A DNA stretch of 22,809 bases from Octopus sinensis. Lineage: Eukaryota. The position numbers and the translations under genes were made by a program. The stretch spans positions 1-22,809 of the forward strand of contig NW_021836743.1 of the NCBI RefSeq assembly GCF_006345805.1, in the 5' to 3' direction. The notes under the pieces were generated by a model. That model was not told the origin of the DNA, did no database searches, and saw only the letters and a list, made by a program, of their open reading frames with translations. Of this stretch, positions 1 to 9,890 are shown one piece after another; position 1 is the first letter of the stretch, and each line of letters opens with the position of its first letter.

Positions 1-1450
1 TTAATGGAGTTACATATATCATTATTTAAAACGGTTTGATTAGGCCCCATGCAAAGTTTCGTGTACTCCTTTAACGAACCTATGAAACGAAGTTGCATAG
101 GGCTGCATCAAATTATATAACAAAAACAACAATAATGAAAAGAGGCAAGATATAGTCTCTAACGGACAGAATTACCTTATAGAGAACTGATTAACCAAAT
201 TGAAAAGGAAGGCTACAGTTCAACGAGATGATGGAGAAGGAAATGAAAGAGATACTCAGGATGGAATATTTCCAATTGGTTTGGGGCTCAAAATTGACCG
301 GATGGAATAAAATCCCAGAGTTAATACATGGGCGAAAGCATCACTTTGGTATAGAGCTGGAATAATAAAATAGCAAAAGAAAGAACTAATGAACATAGAT
401 ATGAAGACAAGAAAAAAGTTGACTGTGCACAGAACTTTCAAACCTAAGAGTGACACCGATAGACTGTACTTGTCCAGAAGTAAGGGTTTGATCAGCCGTC
501 CAGAAGAAAGGGTTTGATCAGCCGTCCAGAAGAAAGGGTTTGATCAGCTGCAAGGAGTGTATCGAAGCGGAGAAAAACAGCTTAGGATGGTATGTAAAAA
601 ATACTGTGGAACCATTGTTGAAATATGTGAGGAGGCTTACATCATAAAAACTGATAATTGTGTCAAGAAAGAAAAACTTAAGAACATAAAAAAAGGAACA
701 GTATGGAAGGAGAAAAATGTACAGTCAGTTTGCAAGAGATACGAACGCCTAGACAGATACAGAAGACCGGTGGCTATGGATGAGGAGAAGGTGACCAAAA
801 GATAAAGAGAGAAGCACCCATATGTGTAGCTCAAGAACAAGTGTTAATGATTATGTGAAGTGCAGAATTGACAACACAACCGGCAGCGACAAATGCAGAA
901 TGTATGGTGAGAGGGGTGAAACGGTATGGCACATCGTCAGCGAATGCCCGAAATTGGCACAACGCGAATACAAAAGACGACATAACAATGCAAAATCCTA
1001 TGAGATGCAATGACTCAGTACGATTACCTGACCAGACATCGGAAACCGGACATTTTTGTGGTGAAAAAGAGAAAAAGAAAGAACATGCGCTATAATCGAC
1101 ATAGCATGTCCCGGTGACTACAGGCTTAAAGAGAAAGAAGAAGAAAAACTGAACAACTACGACGACTTTTTTTTTTGAAGTGGGAAATAGGAATTGAAAA
1201 GTCAACGAGGAGAGTTGACGTGGTACTAATTGTAATTGGCGCACTTGGAAGTATCGGCACCCGACCACCAACGTGGCTGAAAAAGATTGGTACAAATGTA
1301 AAGGTAGAACACATAGAAAACCTAGCATTGCTTGGAACTGCAAGAATTCTTCGCAGGGTTCTTGAAGCATGACCAGTAAAAAATATGTCCTTAGTCTGGT
1401 GGCTGTGGACAGCTGACACTTTCTATCATACCCAACAAAATAGGCTGTGA
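1..1450 (+). mobile_element. Decayed RLE-type (R4/Dong-like) non-LTR retrotransposon: RT C-terminal part, CCHC knuckle, RLE endonuclease, short 3' UTR
   Basis: Cross-frame translation gives KPKSDTDRLYLSR (~440-480), CRMYGERGETVWHIVSECPKLAQREYKRRHN (ORF 822-1013, degenerate CCHC+RH motif) and IVIGALGSIG...LALLGTARILRRVLEA* (ORF 1175-1372), the typical C-terminus of RLE LINEs. Multiple stops and frameshifts; the left boundary is uncertain. Confidence 0.9.
472..548 (+). repeat. 26-bp tandem repeat, ~3 copies, within the LINE RT region
   Basis: gtccagaag(t/a)aagggtttgatcagcc at 472-497, 498-523 and 524-548 (last copy partial). Confidence 0.95.
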
Positions 1451-1468
1451 GTAATCTCAGTAGTTATA

Positions 1469-1671
1469 GATGCATTGTGAACTACCCCTAAAGATCTGAA
1501 CAGATGAATAGAAGAAATAGGTATAAAACTCAGTTTAGTACAGCTCCAGAAAACTGTTATTAGGGACAGCCAGGATACTTAGGAGGGTTATTGGCATCTA
1601 AGGTTACTTATTGGAGCCCAATGTTAGGACATTTTCTTTTCTAACAGTCTAATCTGTTTAGTGTATATGAA
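1469..1671 (+). mobile_element. 3' end fragment of a second RLE-LINE family followed by (AAT)n
   Basis: Translates across stops/frameshift to ..TTPKDLNR*IEEIGIKLSLVQLQKTV/LGTARILRRVIGI*, then a short UTR and (AAT)n. Confidence 0.8.

Positions 1672-1731
<60 letters not shown>
1672..1731 (+). repeat. (AAT)n microsatellite (LINE tail or target)
   Basis: About 20 AAT units. Confidence 0.98.
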
Positions 1732-1907
1732 CTTTTCTACTATAGGCACCAAGCCTGAAATTTTGGGGAAGGGGACTAGCTGATTACATCAACCCTAGTG
1801 TTTCACTGGTACTTAATTTATCGACTTCGAAAGGATGAAAGGCAAAGTCGATCCCGGCGGTACTTGAACTCAGAACGTAAAGACGAATGAAATGCCGCTA
1901 AGCATTT
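1732..1907 (-). mobile_element. tRNA-derived SINE family S1, 5'-truncated
   Basis: Reverse complement matches the S1 body seen repeatedly in this window (tgcttagcggcatttc...gttctgagttcaa...gactttgcctttcatcctttc...gtaccag). Confidence 0.85.
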
Positions 1908-1932
1908 CTTAATCTATTTGTAAATTTGCTAT

Positions 1933-2121
1933 GGTAGTGAGCTCGTAGAATTTTTAGCACGCCAAGCAAAAATGTTTAGCCGCATTTCTTCCGTTTTTTT
2001 TTTTGCGTTTCATCCTTTCGGAGTGGAGAAAATATGTACCAGTTGAACACTGACGTTGATGTAATAGACTAGCCCCCGCCTCTCCGAAACTGCCAATCTT
2101 GTGCCAGAATTTAAAACTAAT
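1933..2121 (+). mobile_element. SINE S1, degenerate with internal deletion
   Basis: gagctcgtagaatttttagcacgcc...tttcatcctttcggagtgg...gtaccagttg...gtgccagaatttaaaac aligns with other S1 copies. Confidence 0.75.
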
Positions 2122-2924
2122 ATGTATTGTACAGTTTGATAGTATTTGCTAAGTCTTTTAATGAGCTGTTCAGATATGTGACTGATTTGTGAGCTTGTTT
2201 GCGGGTGGGTTTCCTGGTAATTCGACAGCTTTCCAGCGGTTTGCTCCAAAATATACATGAAATGATCGTTTGAAGATTTAATAGTTTGTCTTATATGTAT
2301 TTGAAAATTTGAAAGTTCTCTAGAGGCATTTTTAGTTGCCTGTTGCAATACATAATTAGTTCTTCATTTCATGGTCTGGTGGTTTGTTTCATAGCGTATT
2401 TGAAACTTTGTTAGCCGCCTTATGGAAGACATTTTTGGGTGGACTATTTGAAAATAAAATTGATGTTTGTTACTAGTATTGTTGTTTACATCATAGTATG
2501 AATAATAAGCTGTTTCATTATTTTGTCTCTGAATATTCGAAAATACGACTGAAGACTTATTTGATGGCTTGGTTGATACCTTGTTTGAACACGCGTTCAC
2601 CGTTTTCTTTTGGTTAAATGTTTGATGACAGCGTTCTCAGGGTGTTATAAATTAATGTATGACTATTACATTTTGCTTTGGTAGAACTCAGAATAATCAA
2701 TACTCGGATGTCGAGTGAGAAATAGAAGCCAAAAAGATTGCTGGTGCTTTGACACGAACTGAATTTGTATAGAGACGATTCAGTCTGAGTTCTTCATCAG
2801 AGAAGAAAAATAAATCAATGGACTATTTATATTTTGTCGCTTTCTTTTACTGTGGTATCGGCCCATATTCTCCACTTCTTTTTCAATTCTCTCTCCTATA
2901 CTTTCCCAAATCTTTACTCCACAC

Positions 2925-3021
2925 TTTCTTCCTTCTCTCAACTGGACTCTCCTATAGTCTCTCCTTCTCTTCCCTCATCTCTCTCTCCCCTTCTCTCTCT
3001 CTCCTTCTCTCTCTCTCCTTC

Positions 3022-3050
<29 letters not shown>
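2925..3050. repeat. (CT)n-rich polypyrimidine tract
   Basis: Direct inspection; source of the spurious S/L- and E/R-rich ORFs. Confidence 0.95.
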
Positions 3051-3052
<2 letters not shown>

Positions 3053-3187
3053 CATTACAGTCAATGTCTTTAATCCATCTATTTGTCCATGTTTTCTTCT
3101 TTCCACATCGCCTAGCAATATTGTTCAAGTCTACGAAAATTCCTGCACAATTCAACAGATATGATCAAACAATCGGTAAGATTTAAA

Positions 3188-3262
3188 CGCAGCAGCAGCA
3201 GCAGAAGCAGCAACCACAATAATAACAACAACAGCAGCAGCAGCAACAACAACAAGCATGAT
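3188..3262. repeat. (CAG)n/(CAA)n low-complexity tract
   Basis: gcagcagcagcag...caacaacagcagcag. Confidence 0.9.
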
Positions 3263-3380
3263 AATAATAGTTTCCTTTATTTGTCACCTGGAGCAGCACA
3301 TTACAAAGACAAGTTAGAATTTCTGTGAGGGCTATTATAAAATCAGGTGAGGAGGTCAAAATGGGATAATAATAATAATG

Positions 3381-3415
<35 letters not shown>

Positions 3416-3417
<2 letters not shown>

Positions 3418-3735
3418 AGCTAACTCGAATGTGGAGTTTAAAAACAGAAATAAGGTAATTCAAATATGGAGTCTAAAAACAGATACACTTCCTATCAAAG
3501 TAGGCACATTAGGCATGATTAAAATGATATTCAGACAAATACATAACAAAAACACTAGGACTAACAAGTATATGTAAGATACAGAAAATAGAACTACTAG
3601 GCACCACACACTTCCTACGTAAAACACTTTCAATAGAGTAAAAATAGGAGCATCACAACAAACCACAGCACATAACCAAGGTACACAGAGCTGCACTCGG
3701 TAGTGAAGTGAAAGCACGGGATAAAAAATAATAAT
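3416..3735 (+). mobile_element. RLE-LINE family A, 3' end (5'-truncated), preceded by (AAT)n at 3366-3415
   Basis: IWSLKTDTLPIKVGTLGMIK...IQKIELLGTTHFLRKTLSIE*; 3' UTR (gagcatcacaacaaaccacagcaca...gtagtgaagtgaaagcacg) is shared with the copies at 5851 and 10441. Confidence 0.9.
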
Positions 3736-3736
3736 A

Positions 3737-4288
3737 AATGCGCTGATGCAGTACCAGGCAGTGTCTTTCATGGCTTTTGATCTTAACTGACTGGAAGAGT
3801 TATCATATACATTGTTTTGTCTTGGTATAAAAGATGGGCTACAGCAAATATTCTGCTCAATACCACAGATTTGCTTGTCAGTTGTTTGACCTTAACCAGT
3901 TGACCATGTCCCTTAGTGGCTGACGATATGTGTATCTCTGATCACGAGCAGAAGTAGTGGGGCAGCATCATAGCTATGTGTTGAGAGGGATTCTTTGGGG
4001 TTTGGATAATTCACCTCTGGAAACATGGATGTTCAACATCCTTAAACAACCTTTATTCAAGGAGCTTTGAGCGGGATGGGCTACTCGACCTGAGGAAAAT
4101 TTTAACTGGGCCCCCACCTACAAGGTCATGCGCTGTTTATCTTGATATGAGATCACCATGTCACGCACATATGGTTGTGATGCATGTGCCTGGTGTACCC
4201 TTATCAGACGGGTAGTCATGATGGGTATACTGGGTTTCATATATTTTACCCCAATGTCACTTTGATGGCATGCACTGCTCTCTCACTC
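3737..4288 (+). mobile_element. Element B copy 1: ~550 bp non-coding interspersed repeat, apparently full length, with (AAT)n tail 4289-4362
   Basis: Starts aatgcgctgatgcagtaccaggcag and ends gcactgctctctcactc-(AAT)n; highly similar to four other copies in the window. Confidence 0.92.
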
Positions 4289-4313
4289 AATAATAATAAT
4301 AATAATAATAATA

Positions 4314-4363
<50 letters not shown>

Positions 4364-4364
<1 letters not shown>

Positions 4365-4483
4365 TACCACAGATTTGCTGCTCAATACCACAGATTTGCT
4401 GCTCAATACCACAGATTTGCTGCTCAATACCACAGATTTGCTGCTCAATACCACAGATTTGCTGCTCAATACCACAGATTTGC
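4364..4483 (+). repeat. 21-bp tandem array (5 full units plus 15 nt) derived from element B
   Basis: Unit ataccacagatttgctgctca in perfect copies; the sequence occurs once inside each B copy. Confidence 0.97.
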
Positions 4484-4965
4484 ACATTATTTTGTCTTCG
4501 TATAAAAGATGGGCTACAGCAAATATTCGGCTCAATACCACAGATTTGCTTGTCAGTTGTTTGACCTTAACCAGTTGAGCATGTCCCTTAGTGGCTGACG
4601 ATATGTGCATCTCTGATCATGAGCAGAAGTAGTGGGGGAGCATCATAGCCATGTGTTGAGAGGGATCTTTGGGGTTTGAATAATTCACCTCTGGAAACAT
4701 GGGTGGTTCTTTCAACATCCTTAAACAACCTTATTCAGGACCGTTTGAGCGGGATGGGCTACTCAACCTGAAGAAAATTCTAACTGGGCCCCACCTGCAA
4801 GGTCATGTGCTGTTTATCTTGATATGAGATCACCATGTCGCGCACATATGGTTGTGATGCATGTGCCTGGTGTGCCCTTATCAGACAGGTAGTCATGATG
4901 GGTATATTGGGCTTCGTATATTTTACCCCAGTGTCACTTTGATGGCATGAACTGCTCTCTCACTC
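4484..4965 (+). mobile_element. Element B copy 2 (5'-truncated), short (AAT)n tail
   Basis: Begins acattattttgtcttcgtataaaagatgggc (internal B position) and ends gaactgctctctcactc aataataataat. Confidence 0.92.
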
Positions 4966-5057
4966 AATAATAATAATTTAAAAGATTGTAGTAACTCTTC
5001 ACAAAGGTAAACAGACAAAACGAAGAGCGCGATGGGATCACCACAGATATTTTATTG

Positions 5058-5102
5058 TTTGAACGATATTTCGACAGCAAACCCGTCTTTGTCGAGTTCA
5101 AA
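5058..5102 (-). ncRNA. Candidate minimal type I hammerhead ribozyme with a variant core
   Basis: Minus strand: UUUGAAC-UCGACAAA-GACGG(GUUUG)CUGUC-GAA-AUAU-C-GUUCAAA. This gives a 7-bp stem I, a 5-bp stem II (one GU), GAAA and a palindromic stem III ending in AUC. The core is UCGACAAA rather than CUGANGA. Confidence 0.55.
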
Positions 5103-5282
5103 GTAAGAAGTGACAAAATTTCAAAATTATATTTAAAGTATGAACAAGTGCAACGAGTGTCCACACGTTGATGGAATGACATCATCAGTCTTTAAGTTTC
5201 AATTCTATAACAGGCGAAAAGAAAGAGAGAAAAAACAGAAAAAAAAAGAGGAAAGAAAAAAGAAAAGGAAAAAGAAGAATAT

Positions 5283-5745
5283 TTAAACAAACCGTTTTGT
5301 ATAAATTTGATGACATTCTCCTGTCATTTTATTCATTCCTCCAGGGTGCGATGTTAATAACCCGCAAACATATTTCTCCTCATGCATTTTGAGTATTGAA
5401 AGTGAAGCAGATTCAGAATATTTTTCTAAGAATATACACTTTCAAGTCTTTTTCAAAATTGCAGATGTTTGAAACGAAATGTTCAGCAAGTTCTGTCGAA
5501 CTACTGTTATTATGTCTGACGTCGAATCTGTGCCCATTAAACCTTTTGTTTAATTGTTCTGTTGTGCAACCAACATAAATTAAATTGTGTTTCGCGCATT
5601 CTGCCGCATACACCAAATGGGAATCTCTACATGTCCCACCTTCCGTATAAATCATAACACTTCTGTTATGATGCCTGATGAAATTCACTTGACTCATGCT
5701 GTTGCACAATGAACAAGGCTTACCTCCCTTGCGGCTGTTTTTCAA
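5283..5745 (-). pseudogene. GIY-YIG endonuclease domain of a Penelope-like element, one frameshift near 5425
   Basis: KPCSLC...TCRDSHLVYAAECAKHNLIYVGCTTEQLNKRFNGHRFD (Cys motif, VY..EC/YVG, R..H). After a 1-nt shift: EKYSESASLSILKMHEEKYVCGLLTSHPGGMN...RFV*, matching the E..W/Y...L.T..P.G(L/M)N C-terminal PLE motif. Confidence 0.88.
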
Positions 5746-5781
5746 GGTACAGCGTACAGATACTCCATTGCTTTCTCACTC

Positions 5782-5830
<49 letters not shown>

Positions 5831-5850
5831 TAATAATAATAATAATAATA
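5782..5850 (+). repeat. (AAT)n microsatellite
   Basis: Direct inspection. Confidence 0.98.
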
Positions 5851-6261
5851 AGATATAGTTGTCAAAGATCATGAAGAAAAAAAATGCTTTCTAATTGATG
5901 TATCAATACCGGCTGATGACAACGTCTCTCTAAAAGGAATGGAGAAACTCTCAAAATACAAAGACCTGGAAATAGAGGTAACTAGAACGTGGAATCTAAA
6001 AACAGAAACAATTCCTATCATAGTAGGTGCATTAGGCATGATAAAAAAAATGTTCAGACAAATACATAACAAAAACACCATGACTTACAAACACATATAA
6101 CATACAGAAAATTGCACTACTAGGCACTGCACACATCCTACTCAGAACACTTTCCATACAATAACCATCAGAGCATCACAAAAAATCACAGCACATACCC
6201 AAGGCACACAGAGCTGCGCTCGGTAGTGAAGTGAAAGCACGCTATAAAAATAAAACTACTG
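5851..6261 (+). mobile_element. RLE-LINE family A, 3' end with endonuclease motifs; (AAT)n tail 6262-6286
   Basis: DIVVKDHEEKKCFLIDVSIPADDNVSLKGMEKLSKYKDLEIEVTRTWNLKTETIPIIVGALGMIKK (PD-(D/E)xK-type RLE), then the shared 3' UTR ending aaaactactg-(AAT)n. Confidence 0.93.
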
Positions 6262-6286
6262 AATAATAATAATAATAATAATAATA

Positions 6287-6821
6287 AATGTCCTGATGCA
6301 GTACCAGACAGTGGTACTCATGGCTTCTGATCATAACTGATTGAAAGTGTTATCATGTACATTGTTTTGTCTTGGTATAAAAGATGGGCTACAGCAAATA
6401 TTCTGCTCAATACCACACATTTGCTTGTCAGTTGTTCGACCTTAACCAGTTGAGAATGTCCCTTAGTGGCTGACGATGTGTGCATCTCTGATCACGAGCT
6501 GAAGTAGTGGGGCAGCATCATAGCCGTGTGTTGAAAGGAATTCTTAGAGATTTGAATAATTCACCTTTGGAAACATGGGCGGTTCGTTCAACATCCTTAA
6601 ACAATCCTTATTCAGGGACCGTTTGAGCGGGATGGGCTACTCGACCAGAATAAAATTCTAACTGGGCCCCACCTGCAAGGTCATGTACTGTTTATCTTGA
6701 TATGAGATCACCATGTCGCGCACATATGGTTGTGATGCATGTGCCTAGTGTACCCTTATCAGACGGGTAGTGATGATGGGTATGCTGGGTTTCGTATATT
6801 TTACCCCAGTGTCTCTCACTC
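6287..6821 (+). mobile_element. Element B copy 3 (same 5' start as copy 1; ~20 bp deletion near the 3' end)
   Basis: aatgtcctgatgcagtaccagacag ... gtgtctctcactc-aataataat. Confidence 0.92.
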
Positions 6822-6833
6822 AATAATAATGAT

Positions 6834-6982
6834 AATGGTTTAAAATTTTGTCACAAAGGCAGAAATTTGGGGACGGGGATAAGTCGATTACACCGTTCCC
6901 ACTATTTCACTGGTCCTTAATTTATTGACTCCGAAAGGATGAAAGGCAAAATCGACCTCGGCAGAATTTTAACTCAGAACGA
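6834..6982 (-). mobile_element. SINE S1, 5'-truncated
   Basis: Plus strand reads gaaaggatgaaaggcaaaatcgacctcggcagaattttaactcagaacg, the reverse complement of the S1 body. Confidence 0.85.
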
Positions 6983-6994
6983 TAATTGCTTCTA

Positions 6995-7130
6995 ATGCTG
7001 ACACAAAACCAGAATTTATGTGGGGAGAAGGATATCCGATACCATCGATTCCAGTACTTGATCGGTACTTTTATTTTATCGACCTCGCAAGATTTGAAGG
7101 TTGAAAGGCGAATTTGAACTCGGGAACTGA
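6995..7130 (-). mobile_element. SINE S1, degenerate partial copy
   Basis: ggtactttttattttatcgacctc...gaatttgaactc resembles the reverse complement of S1. Confidence 0.65.
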
Positions 7131-7256
7131 AACAAAGTACGACAGAAGTTTACACACAGACAGGCGATTGGGTGGGTGGGGAATGCTTGCAAAACGATAG
7201 TAAAGAAATTGAGAGAGAAGATGAAGAGGAGAAAGAAGAGAGGAACATCAATCACC

Positions 7257-7271
7257 ATAGTAGTAGTTGTA

Positions 7272-7307
<36 letters not shown>

Positions 7308-7320
7308 CAGCAGTAGTTAT
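7257..7320. repeat. (TAG)n microsatellite
   Basis: agtagtagtagtag run. Confidence 0.95.
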
Positions 7321-7396
7321 ACAAAAGTAATAGTTATTATAAAAGCAACAAACTCACAATAACCCTGCACTTATCTCAATCATTCGCGCACTTTCA

Positions 7397-7482
7397 CCAC
7401 CACCGCCGCCGCCATTGCCACCGCAACAACAACGACAACAACAATCATCACTACTGCCACCACCACCACCAACACCAACACC
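7397..7482. repeat. (CCA/CCG/CAA)n low-complexity tract
   Basis: Direct inspection. Confidence 0.85.
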
Positions 7483-7794
7483 AAAATATTGTCTGGAAAA
7501 ACCAATGAAGAAAGGGTTTAAAACTAAAAAACAAACAAAACAAAAATCGAAAGTAGGAGAGAAACAAGAAGAGAAAAAAGAGAGAAGGAAGGAAGGAAGG
7601 AAAAACTTTATGCTGTCGTCACGCCCCCCCCCCCCGCCCCATCACCACCATTGTTCTTCTTGTTCCCTAGAAAGAATCTTCTTTTCCACCTTGCAATACG
7701 ATTTATAGTTTTAGATTTATTTATTTATTATGTTATCTCTGCAAAGTTTTTCTAAAGAAATGTCTTAAGATTTTGGTTGTGTGTAAACGCATTT

Positions 7795-8302
7795 ATCTAT
7801 GCACATACACAAACACAACATATATATGTATGTACACACATATATGTGTATACACACATATATATATGCATGTATGTGCGTGTATACACTGACAGACACG
7901 CACATATATACATACATATTTATACATTACACACACATATACATTGAAACTTACGTATAAGAAAGCACGTGTATGAATATGTACATATGTATATATATGC
8001 ATAAACGTATGTGCGTATATATACATACATGTATGCGTGATGTGTGTGTGTGTACATAGACACGAATACATGTAAAATTATATATGCATTCGTGTATTAT
8101 ACATATATGCATATGTTTATGCAACAATAAAACACACCTTTATACACAATACACATATGAACACATGTATATATATATACACACACTCACATACACGCGC
8201 ACACACATGTATATCATGTATATTATATATATATATACACATAAATACATAAGCACTTATATACTTGGTTGTCTTAAAACTATATTGACTCTGCGTTAAA
8301 AT

Positions 8303-8393
<91 letters not shown>

Positions 8394-8454
8394 TATAAAT
8401 ATATATATATATATATATAATATAAATATAAATATATATATTATATATATATAT

Positions 8455-8498
<44 letters not shown>

Positions 8499-8535
8499 CC
8501 ATACATATATATATATATATATACAAATATAAAAG

Positions 8536-8566
<31 letters not shown>

Positions 8567-8630
8567 AGTGTTTACATTTATTCATGTGCGTAGTATACAT
8601 ACTCACAGACGCATCCATACACACACACGC
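7795..8630. repeat. Compound (TA)n/(CA)n/(TG)n block including a long (TA)n at ~8300-8565
   Basis: Alternating purine-pyrimidine simple repeats. Confidence 0.95.
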
Positions 8631-8794
8631 TATTATATATGTAAGTACGTAGGAACTTACAGTGGCGCAACAATTTATATGAACATCTCTATGTAAGCTT
8701 ATTTAATGAGGGAAGAAAATAATGTAGTTCTCTGGACTTTAATGAGAAAATTGTATCTTGTCTCGTCTGCATTGTAAAAATGTAGCGTCTAGCA

Positions 8795-8910
8795 GCAGTT
8801 GCTGTAGCAGAGGTCTCAATCGTCGTCGTCGTTGTTGCTGTTGTTGCTGTTGTTGTTGGTGTTGGTGTTGTTGGTAGTGGTGTTGGTGGTGGTGTTGGTG
8901 TTTGTTTGTT
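8795..8910. repeat. (GTT/GCT/GGT)n low-complexity tract
   Basis: Source of the poly-Q/H ORF 8739-9158. Confidence 0.9.
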
Positions 8911-9049
8911 TTAGAAATTTTCTCAACATTTAACTGTGCATTTTCATTTACAATTTTAAGGGGACGACAGCCACAGAAATTCGTACGCCGACACCGGCAT
9001 ACACATACGCATACATATTTCATCCACAACACAACTCCCTCTATATACA

Positions 9050-9071
9050 TACTTACAACATACACACGTAC

Positions 9072-9117
<46 letters not shown>

Positions 9118-9162
9118 GTTTGAAACGCACATACAAATAAATACGTGTTTGAATACATATTA

Positions 9163-9194
<32 letters not shown>

Positions 9195-9245
9195 GTATTA
9201 ATTATGTATGTATGTATGTATGTATGTATCAATTATATATGTATG
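9050..9245. repeat. (TA)n/(TATG)n microsatellites
   Basis: Direct inspection. Confidence 0.92.
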
Positions 9246-9624
9246 TCGCACAATCAGTGTTCGTTTGTTCACATATTTGTTTGATTTGATTATCATTGGT
9301 TGAAAATATGTTTGCGTTATTCTTTGTGATATGTAAGAAGTAAAATAGTCTTGTAATGTTTTTTAAAATTATGTCGTGTGTCTGTCTAGCCTGCAGTGAT
9401 CTGGCGGTTACTGAGTCAGTAAGCTAATGTTAGGCAGCAGTGTATAACAACAACAACAACAGCAACAAATATAGTTTAATTCCTATTCTAGTCTGTGTGT
9501 GTTTATGTTTGTTTATTGTTCTGGTAGTATTGGTAAGTTGGTGAGATTTTCTTATCCATTTATTTGCCGTTTGGTTGTTGATTTCTTGTAGCGGCGGCTG
9601 TTCCTTTATACCTACAAATCTGCG

Positions 9625-9890
9625 CTTGTGTGTGTGTGTATGGGTATATGCGTATTTACATATATGTGTGTATATTTATATGTATACACATACATATATA
9701 TATACACATATATGTATATAATTAAATATAATATTATTTATGTATATATGTATGTATATATCTATATATAGAAACATATATATATGTATGTATATAAATA
9801 CAAATACAAATATATATGTATGTATATAAATACACACACACACATATATACATGTATATGTATAGCGAGAGAGAGAGAGAGAAAGAGAGA
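9625..9890. repeat. Compound (TA)/(CA)/(GA) microsatellites
   Basis: Direct inspection. Confidence 0.92.

Larger units (their letters stand above)
4978..5768 (-). mobile_element. 5'-truncated Penelope-like element (GIY-YIG endonuclease region plus 3' pseudo-LTR-like tail)
   Basis: GIY-YIG coding remnant followed by a pyrimidine-rich tail and a hammerhead-like fold; flanked by ~25-nt direct repeats (4953-4977 and 5769-5793). Confidence 0.85.

Noticed and set aside
3737-3870. HDV-like ribozyme at the 5' end of element B
   Set aside because: Some helices are possible (gccc/gggc, tacca/tggta, agca/tgct), but spacing is too short for P3-L3-P1-P1.1 and there is no L3 motif.
3925-3960. CUGACGA within element B (and CUGAUGA within LINE A) as hammerhead cores
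   Set aside because: No stem II followed by GAAA at a suitable distance; the LINE A instances are coding sequence (ADD).
4364-4483. 21-bp repeat array as a CRISPR array
   Set aside because: There are no spacers (units are contiguous), no cas genes, the context is eukaryotic, and the unit derives from element B.
4184-4610. ORFs with poly-N/I/L/Y and IPQICCS repeats
   Set aside because: They are translations of (AAT)n and the 21-bp array. The same applies to similar ORFs at 2818-3186, 7076-9946, 10989-11266 and 22109-22464.
5150-5190. Minus-strand CUGAUGA at 5182-5188 as a second hammerhead
   Set aside because: The UGUC/GACA stem is followed by CUCG rather than GAAA.
3416-6821. Recent segmental duplication explaining the two A-B units
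   Set aside because: The A copies have different truncation points and many substitutions, and the flanks are unrelated.
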